The notes under the pieces were generated by a model that was given only the letters and a program-made list of their open reading frames with translations, made no database searches and had not been told where the DNA came from. From assembly GCA_964291235.2 (NCBI GenBank), contig OZ219815.1, positions 704,001 to 768,000 of the forward strand: a stretch of 64,000 bases of DNA, written 5' to 3'. This DNA comes from Vicinamibacteria bacterium. GTDB lineage: Bacteria > Acidobacteriota > Vicinamibacteria > Marinacidobacterales > Marinacidobacteraceae. Below, in pieces: positions 57,236-64,000 of the stretch. Each line of letters starts with the position of its first letter. Positions within the stretch are counted from its first letter, which is position 1. Both the position numbers and the translations under genes were made by a program.

Positions 57236-57665
57236 GCCGGTCTCCAGACCGGCACAGCCCCGCCGCAGGCGGGGCGGCGGGACGGACCCCCCAGCGTCCG
57301 AATGGTGCCCCTCTCGGCGGGGACCCCACCAGCCTCGATGTCGCAAAGGCACGGGAACGCCGGCCTCCAGGCCGGCACAGCCCCGCCGCAGGCGGGGCGG
57401 CGGGACGGCCCCCCAACGTCCGGACGGTCCCCCTCTCGGCTGGGACCCCACCTGCCTCGATGTCGCGCAGGCACGGGAACGCCGGCCTCCAGGCCGGCAC
57501 AGCCCCGCCGCAGGCGGGGCGGCGGGACGGACCCCCCTGCGTCCGGACGGTCCCCCTCTCGGCGGGGACCCCACCTGCCTCGATGTCGCGCAGGCACGGG
57601 AACGCCGGCCTCCAGGCCGGCACAGCCCGCCGCAGGCGGGCGGCGGGACGGACCCCCCTGCGTCG
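57236..57665. repeat. Tandem array of a roughly 123-bp structured unit, about 3.5 copies
   Basis: Unit starts at 57236, 57359, 57481, 57604 (periods 123, 122, 123). Confidence 0.92.
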
Positions 57666-57736
57666 AGACGGTTCCACTCGGACCGACCCACGTTGCGAAG
57701 CGACCTTATTGTCGATTACCGTAACAATGAATCGGA

Positions 57737-58066
57737 ATGACTCCAGCGAACGACCGACTGCACGGCCACCTCGATCTGCTGATCCTCTCGTCGCTCGCCG
57801 GGGGCACGATGCACGGCTGGGCCATCGCGCAGCGCCTGCGGATCGTGTCGGAGCGGGTGTTCGAGGTCGGTCAGGGCTCCGTCTATCCCGCGCTTCGCCG
57901 GTTGGAAGCCGCGGGCTGGATCCGTGCGAAGGTGGCCGTCTCCGAAGCTGGCCGTCAAGCCCGTTTCTATTCGCTCACCCCTGCCGGGCGGCGGCAGCTC
58001 GCCACCGAACGGGAGGAGTGGGCCGACTTCGCGGCAGCAGTTCAGCGGGTGCTGGACACCGTGTAG
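57737..58066 (+). CDS. PadR-family transcriptional regulator (acidobacterial type)
   Basis: LHGHLDLLIL, MHGWAIAQR, QGSVYPALRRLE, RFYSLT..GRRQL. Confidence 0.92.
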   Translation: MTPANDRLHGHLDLLILSSLAGGTMHGWAIAQRLRIVSERVFEVGQGSVYPALRRLEAAGWIRAKVAVSEAGRQARFYSLTPAGRRQLATEREEWADFAAAVQRVLDTV

Positions 58067-58070
58067 GAGT

Positions 58071-60734
58071 GTGCTCGCGCCGTCGCTCTTTCGTCGGCTT
58101 CGGCTATTGGTGCGCGGCCATCGGGTAGAACACGAACTCGACGCGGAAATGCAGCTCCACCTGGAGCTGCTCGAGGCCCAGTTTCGGCAAGAGGGGCTCG
58201 ATCCCAGGGAAGCCCGGCGCCGAGCCCGCCTCGAGTTCGGTTCGCAGGAGTCCTTGCGCGCCGAGGCCCGCGACGCTCACGGGTTGGTCCGGACCCGCGA
58301 GTTTCTCGATGATCTCGCCCACGCGGTGACGGCTCTGCGAAGGACCCCCAGGTTCACTTTCGTCGTCGTATCGGTGCTCGCGCTGGGGATCGGAGCCACG
58401 GTCGCGATCTTCAGCGTGTTGAGCGCCGTGTTGTTGCGGCCCGTGCCCTTTCCGGACGGCCAGCGGGTCGTAAGCCTGGCGTGGAACTACGGTGACTACG
58501 TTTCCCCTGATCTGACGTCGGCCAAGTTTTCGTACTGGCGAGAGCACAGCCAGTCGTTCGAAGTGATGGCGAGTTGGCGGCCGTTTTTCGGACGCGTGGG
58601 CGAAGTCGGCGAGATCACCGGCGCTCAAGGGCTCAGAGTCACGGAGGGGTTCTTCCGCGTCCTACGCATGCCACCCACCGCGGGCCGGGTATTCGCGGAA
58701 GACGAGTACCAATCCGGGGGCGCCAAGGTCGCGGTGGTGTCTCGCGCGTTTTGGCGCCGGCACTTCGGCGAGCGCCTGGACGTGTCCGGTCGCGTTTCCA
58801 TCAGGGTGGAGGAAGAGCCCTACGCGATCGTCGGACTGCTTCCGGAGGACTTCGCCTTCCCCTACGAGTCGAGACCGGTGGAGATCATCGTCCCTACCGA
58901 GGTCGCAGTGGACCCTGACGACGAGGCGGCAAACTGGCCGGCCCTCGCAAGAGTCGCTGATGACATCACGATCCGTGAGGCTCGGACCGAGGTGGGGTGG
59001 CTGAATACCGGCTTCAGAGCGACCTACCCGCAGCAGGCCGCCGAGGAGGAACCCGGAATGCTGCTCGGCTCCTTCGCCGAGCTGTACGTCGGCGAAGCGG
59101 TGAACGCGATCTGGATCCTGATGGGTGCGGTCGCCGCGGTCCTCCTCATCGCCTGCGCGAACGTGGGCAGCCTGTTCCTGGTCAGGGCAGTGCGGCGCCG
59201 GGGAGCGATGGCCATCCGCGAGGCTCTCGGAGCGACAGAGAGCCGGATCCTTCGACTGGGGGTGTTGGAGGCCGTCCTGGCCGCTTCCGCGGCGGGCGTG
59301 GTCGGGGTCGTACTCGCGATCTGGGGCGCCAACGTGCTCGTCGTCCTGGCGCCGGTCCAACTGCCGCTTCTGGGTGCGATCGAGGTTGACTGGAGAGTCC
59401 TGGCATTTGTGATCGGCAGCTCGCTGACCGCGTCCGCCGTGGTGAGCCTGGTGGCGGCGTGGCCTGGAATGCGCCGGGGCATGTGGCGCACGCTTGGACA
59501 TGGTTCCCGGACCACGGCTGGGCAGGGCCGGTTGCAGGAGGTGCTGCTGTCGGTGCAGACGGCGCTGTCGATGATCCTGCTCGTGGGGGCGGTCTTGCTC
59601 TTCACCACCTGGTCGAACCTCAGGCAGGTTGACCCGGGGTTCGATCCCGGCGCCCTCGTAGCCGTGCAGTTGCCGATCAGGCCACCCTCGTATGACACCT
59701 CCGAGCGGCTCGATCAGTTCACCCGGGGTGTGATCGAAGGCGTCCGCGGCGCCGGTGGCGGTGCTGTCGTCGCCGCAGCGAGCAGTCTCCCCTTCGAGCG
59801 GGGCCTGAACTTCCCGATCTCGATCGCTGGACGCGCCGAATTCGGTGGTTCGGTCGAGCTGCGGACCGTCACCGAGGACTACTTCCGGACGCTCGCGGTC
59901 CCGGTGATCCGTGGGCGGTCGTTCACTGCGATGGACGCCAAGGGCGCAACCCCGGTCGCCATCGTCAACGAGACGTTCGCACGCAGGTACTTTCCAGAGG
60001 GGGAGGCGATCGGACAGCGCATCGACCTCGGGCGTCGGGGCGACATCTACCGGTACCCCTCCCTCAAAGGCCTTGGGATTGTGATCGTCGGCGTCGCCGC
60101 CGATGTCCAGGACGTCTCGTTCCGGGCCGCGGTCCGTCGCACGATGTACCTGCCGCAAGCCCAGGCGCCGGACATCTTGGCCAACATCCGTCCCGCGATG
60201 CCGGTGTTTGTGGTTCGGAGCAGCTTGCCCCTGCAGCGGCTCGAAAGTGAGTTCAGGCAGGCAATCCGCGCCGTGGATCCCGCGCTTCCCGGCCCTCAGG
60301 TCTTTCCGCTGAGCCAGACGCTCGCAGATTCGCTGGCCCGGGAACGCTTCGGCACCATACTCGTCTCGCTTTTCGGCGCTCTCGCGCTCCTCCTGACCGC
60401 GGTAGGCGTTTACAGCGTCCTCGCCCAGGCCGTGCGGTTGCGTCGCCGCGAAATCGGCATCCGCATGGCCGTAGGAGCAAGCGGCGACGCAGTATTGCGC
60501 CTGGTCCTCGTGCGAGGCCTGCTCCCCATCGCGATCGGAATCGGCGTCGGCCTCGTAGGCGCCGTGATCCTGTCGCGCCTCCTAGAGGCCTACCTGTGGG
60601 GCGTAACCGGCACTGACGCCGTCACGCTCGGTGTGGCCGCCGCCGGAATCCTCGCCGTCGCAACCCTCGCCTGCTGGATCCCCGCCCGAGAAGCGGCGGC
60701 GGTTGACCCCGTCACCGCACTGTCTTCGCAGTAG
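58071..60734 (+). CDS. ADOP-type duplicated ABC (MacB/FtsX) permease
   Basis: ELDAEMQLHL prefix, LALGIGA..AIFS, LLIACANV, REIGIRMAVGA, IPAREAAAVDP; no adjacent ATPase. Confidence 0.92.
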   Translation: MLAPSLFRRLRLLVRGHRVEHELDAEMQLHLELLEAQFRQEGLDPREARRRARLEFGSQESLRAEARDAHGLVRTREFLDDLAHAVTALRRTPRFTFVVVSVLALGIGATVAIFSVLSAVLLRPVPFPDGQRVVSLAWNYGDYVSPDLTSAKFSYWREHSQSFEVMASWRPFFGRVGEVGEITGAQGLRVTEGFFRVLRMPPTAGRVFAEDEYQSGGAKVAVVSRAFWRRHFGERLDVSGRVSIRVEEEPYAIVGLLPEDFAFPYESRPVEIIVPTEVAVDPDDEAANWPALARVADDITIREARTEVGWLNTGFRATYPQQAAEEEPGMLLGSFAELYVGEAVNAIWILMGAVAAVLLIACANVGSLFLVRAVRRRGAMAIREALGATESRILRLGVLEAVLAASAAGVVGVVLAIWGANVLVVLAPVQLPLLGAIEVDWRVLAFVIGSSLTASAVVSLVAAWPGMRRGMWRTLGHGSRTTAGQGRLQEVLLSVQTALSMILLVGAVLLFTTWSNLRQVDPGFDPGALVAVQLPIRPPSYDTSERLDQFTRGVIEGVRGAGGGAVVAAASSLPFERGLNFPISIAGRAEFGGSVELRTVTEDYFRTLAVPVIRGRSFTAMDAKGATPVAIVNETFARRYFPEGEAIGQRIDLGRRGDIYRYPSLKGLGIVIVGVAADVQDVSFRAAVRRTMYLPQAQAPDILANIRPAMPVFVVRSSLPLQRLESEFRQAIRAVDPALPGPQVFPLSQTLADSLARERFGTILVSLFGALALLLTAVGVYSVLAQAVRLRRREIGIRMAVGASGDAVLRLVLVRGLLPIAIGIGVGLVGAVILSRLLEAYLWGVTGTDAVTLGVAAAGILAVATLACWIPAREAAAVDPVTALSSQ

Positions 60735-60801
60735 GCCCCAGCGACTCGGCACCGTGCGTCCGGCACCGTAGTCCCACTTGGACAGATGGCGGGGACCGCT
60801 T

Positions 60802-60968
60802 GGACCGCCGACCTCCAGGTCGGCATCGCGCGGGAGCGCGAAACCAGCGCTAACAGCGCTGCACCCTGCCAAAGAACCACCAAGACGGCACGGCGCGCTT
60901 CCAAGGAACCGCTGGCCATTTCCCCCGGTGCGGGCCTTCAGACCGGCATCGCACCAGAGCGCGCAACC
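60802..60968 (-). repeat. Two REP-like elements (one intact, one degenerate)
   Basis: 60802-60845 GGACC-GCCGACC(TCCA)GGTCGGC-A-TCGCGC(GGGA)GCGCGA-AACC; degenerate copy at 60927-60968. Confidence 0.72.
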
Positions 60969-60969
60969 C

Positions 60970-62226
60970 TCAGGTTCCCGCCAGTAATCGTTGCAGCCGT
61001 GGGTGCTGGGTGCTCACCAGATGGTCTAGGCGATCCCGCATCCAGGCTACAGCGTCGTCGAATGTCGCGTTCGTCTGGCCGTCTGCAGCTTCCGGAGGGA
61101 ACGGTAGTTGCGTCTCACGCTGAAACCCGATCCTCGGCCGTCCAGCATTGTCCGTCCAGTGCGCCAGGTCGTCGCCCAACCGACTTGGCAGCTCATCCAT
61201 AGCAGCCCGGACCTGGGTAAAGACTCGCTCCGCCTGAGGAATTCCTTTCCGGCATGTCAGATAGCACCCGATGGTCCGTTGCTGCCGGTACAGATAGCCC
61301 ACAAATGACAGTCCCCAGCCACCGAATCCCGAATGCCGCACTTTGACATAGATGGCCGATTCGTGCGTCACCTCGGGGACATCCACAGTTACGTCGGAGA
61401 AGGTGTAGTCGTGTAGAACCGCCGTCCAGAATCGGACGTTCTCCTGCTGGTAGTCGGAAAGCGCTTCGCTCGATTCAGGTTTAGCGAGGTCGCTGGGCCC
61501 GGGTTGCACGACGCCACCCTCGACAACGAACCTCTTGACTATCTCTGTCCGCGCCAAACACCGTGGTTGCACGACGATGCGTCCAGCTGTATCGCGGTAC
61601 AAGGCAGCCTCGACGAGCGCAAGCGTGAAATGCAGCCCGCTGTAGCGTTGGACGAACTCCACAATGCTTTCCACGCCCTCACGAATACCGTCGCCGATGA
61701 TCAGAAGTAGAAACTCGCCCCGCGCGAGGTGTCGGGTAACGTTGTCCACAAAGTCCGCTTCTTTTACGTCGGGCGACCGCGCGCGTACCAGTTCGTAGAG
61801 GACATTGCCCTTGCGTCCCAAGGCTATGGACACCTGTCGCTGCAGGTCCTCGTAGTTCCACGAGGCGAACTCCTTGGCGTAGTCGAGAATCTGCCCGATT
61901 ACTTCACGACGCGCCTGCGGATTTCGCCAGAGCTTGAACTCCGCGAGAATCACGCGGCCCAGCGAGTTGACGTATAGCGCGTCCACGTATCCGGCCGACG
62001 TCGCCAGTTCACGACAAACGGGGACCGGACCTGCGTAGGCGGCATCGATCGCCGCGATTGGCAGCGTGCCAGGGAATCTGAAGAGCAGATCCTGGAGCGA
62101 CGACTCGTTTATGCCGCCTTCGGCAACAGGCGTACCGAGCGGGATGCGGTGCAGCACTTCTTCGGACGATTCGCGGGCCGGATCGATACGGACCAACTCG
62201 CCATATCTGTCGTCGAGTTCTGTCAT
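60970..62226 (-). CDS. NucS-like PD-(D/E)XK nuclease domain protein with DUF4268-like C-terminus
   Basis: NESSLQDLL, RELAT..GYVDAL...ILAEFKL.RN..ARREVIGQILDYA; ATG at 62226. Confidence 0.72.
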   Translation of the reverse strand: MTELDDRYGELVRIDPARESSEEVLHRIPLGTPVAEGGINESSLQDLLFRFPGTLPIAAIDAAYAGPVPVCRELATSAGYVDALYVNSLGRVILAEFKLWRNPQARREVIGQILDYAKEFASWNYEDLQRQVSIALGRKGNVLYELVRARSPDVKEADFVDNVTRHLARGEFLLLIIGDGIREGVESIVEFVQRYSGLHFTLALVEAALYRDTAGRIVVQPRCLARTEIVKRFVVEGGVVQPGPSDLAKPESSEALSDYQQENVRFWTAVLHDYTFSDVTVDVPEVTHESAIYVKVRHSGFGGWGLSFVGYLYRQQRTIGCYLTCRKGIPQAERVFTQVRAAMDELPSRLGDDLAHWTDNAGRPRIGFQRETQLPFPPEAADGQTNATFDDAVAWMRDRLDHLVSTQHPRLQRLLAGT

Positions 62227-62335
62227 CACGGCACGCGTTGGTTGTCGCGGCAGTACTGCCACAGGTAGGCGTCGACCCGCTGCCGGCTAAGTCCGTACTC
62301 CGTGCTGAGAAAGGTGACCATTTGCTCGAAGTTGA

Positions 62336-63088
62336 CTATCGGATAATTGTGTCTTCTTTCTTGCTGTCCATGGGCTCCCAAAAACCGCTCGTGTCGTTAT
62401 ACCTATAATGTGTCGTGTTCTCATTACTGAGTAGTGATGGCGGAAGTGGATTCGCAGCATACTTGTTGTGATATACGCTCAATTGCAGAAAGTAGCCGCA
62501 CTTCGGCGCTTTGTGCTCCTCCTCCCGCCACGGCCATCTCTTAGACAAGACTGCCACGGCGCTGATTGACGTGTTCCGGTCGGGAGCCATCCTGTCCCGT
62601 CCACTTCGCTTGAATTCATCGCGGCTTCTATCGGGAATTCCATTGACGAGAGTTATCACCATCTTGGAATCTCCATACATAGCGTCCGCAATACAGTTAG
62701 AGTCGAAATGATGGGCCATGTTGTTCTCCCGATCAGCATAGAGAACTAGGATGCCGTAACACGCTCCGTCGACATGCATCATGCTGTTCTTGATCTGGCT
62801 CTTGGCTTCTAGGATCTTTTGTCTGGCCTTCTGGCCGATTTCCACCGTATCCGGAGACATCGTTATGGTTGTTCTGCCGCGTATCGTTAGACCGTCTATT
62901 TCCAAGTCCTCGTGATGTTCAATACCGCGCGGGTCATATTCAAGTTCCTTTACTTCGGCAACAATCACTGCACCGCCAATGTCCAAGCGACGGTCTGCGG
63001 TCTTTACGCCGCGTCGTGGTGGAATGATGCAACATGCTATCTGTTCCACGGCACAGTAGTTGTCAAAGAGTCGTTCCGACTTATTCAC
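62336..63088 (-). CDS. Hypothetical protein, possible restriction-endonuclease fold; low GC
   Basis: SERLF..., KTAD...IVAEVK pattern, ISAVAV...YHNKYAANPLP; visibly AT-richer than the flanks. Confidence 0.65.
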   Translation of the reverse strand: MNKSERLFDNYCAVEQIACCIIPPRRGVKTADRRLDIGGAVIVAEVKELEYDPRGIEHHEDLEIDGLTIRGRTTITMSPDTVEIGQKARQKILEAKSQIKNSMMHVDGACYGILVLYADRENNMAHHFDSNCIADAMYGDSKMVITLVNGIPDRSRDEFKRSGRDRMAPDRNTSISAVAVLSKRWPWREEEHKAPKCGYFLQLSVYHNKYAANPLPPSLLSNENTTHYRYNDTSGFWEPMDSKKEDTIIR

Positions 63089-63117
63089 TTCCGACTTTGG
63101 CGGGACGTTCCCCGAGG

Positions 63118-64000
63118 CTAATTGTATGAATTTTGGGCGCCACGTTCCAGAAGCTCAGTAATCTGGGACTCGACGTCCTTGGCGCCCAAGACCTGCGCAA
63201 GATGGGCGAGTGCAAGTCCGTACCCGAGCCCGAGACGGCCCAGCCATAGGAACAGTCGAACGTAGCTCGTCGGATTCCCGGCGTCTGCGAGCCCGCCATC
63301 CGCCAGCGGCAAGCTCAACGACAGCGGGGTCGGGTGGTCGTATGTCGACAGTAATCCCGATCTCGCTTCTTTGGCCCACCAGTCACAGTAGAACTCATTG
63401 AACCCGTATTCTGGGGGCACAGACGGCCAGACCCGGGCCATCTGCGCAAATGCGGCCCGCAACTCTGTCGCCATCGCGTGGACGCCGTCGACATCGACAT
63501 CGCACGCGGAAATCGCCATCGTGTGAAGGCACACCTTGCGCAAGCGCCGGACCCAATCCGGCTCGTCCGCTCCGATCCTCCGATTTGGTGTATCGATCCG
63601 CGCATGGATCCGGGCCAACTCGCGAAGCAGGTCTATTTGTTTCCCGCACCGGGTCCGCTGCCGCTCCACGCCTTCCGCCGCCGCATGCATTCAGTCTTCC
63701 ACCACGGTGTTGACACCGGCCATCGCCGACATCGCAGCGCGCCGAAGGTCGGCTGAGGTTGCCCGCCCTTCTCTCAGTCGCCCTAGCGTGGCTTCAACCC
63801 TTCCTTTGCCGTCATCTCCGGTGACAGGGAACAATGCGGCGTACGCGTTCATGGAGCCCACCTGCTCCACTAGGTAGTCCATGAAGCCCGCGAAGGCCAA
63901 TGCGGCTTGCCACGTGTTCGTCGATCCGACGCCGCCGCGCCACGTGTGCCCCCTCAAAGTCCCATCGCCGTGGCAGAAGTGCTCGCTCAGGTGCGCGTAC
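63118..64000 (-). pseudogene. Hypothetical gene interrupted by an in-frame TGA (or two abutting genes); 5' end outside window
   Basis: Frame open from the window edge (YAHLSEHFCHGDG...) to TGA at 63693-63691, immediately followed by in-frame ATG at 63690 and 190 more codons. Confidence 0.5.

Noticed and set aside
57236-57665. CRISPR array
   Set aside because: Whole units repeat with no unique spacers, the unit is too long, and there are no cas genes in the window.

Overview
GC-rich bacterial chromosomal segment, probably Acidobacteriota (inferred from an acidobacterial-type PadR plus ADOP duplicated permease pair, an ASPIC/UnbV protein and a VPS10/BNR-repeat protein). Most of it is housekeeping and envelope genes: hslVU, transaldolase, a three-gene acyl-CoA carboxylase, tamB-tamA-surA-like genes, a sigma-70 factor, rnhA, carD, plsC, pckA, gpmA, amtB-PII-glnA, tRNA-Met(CAT) and tRNA-Leu(CAA). 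A lower-GC accessory islet of nuclease-like genes begins at about 61 kb. Strongest observations: (1) an AhpD/CMD-family gene that the ORF track splits in two is one frame with an in-frame UGA at the CxxC position (CHYU) followed by a SECIS-like hairpin, so it is a probable selenoprotein; (2) three tandem secreted TPR paralogs with strictly spaced cysteine pairs; (3) a family of intergenic structured DNA repeats: REP-like two-hairpin units with compensatory changes, C(GNA)G triloops, two perfect intrastrand-triplex motifs of different sequence but identical geometry, and a roughly 123-bp tandem array; (4) sigma-54-type promoters upstream of the sigma-70 gene and a Spy/CpxP-like gene; (5) a PII protein lacking Tyr51. 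All family calls come from motif recognition by eye, with no database search. Several start codons were re-chosen relative to the ORF track and are approximate.
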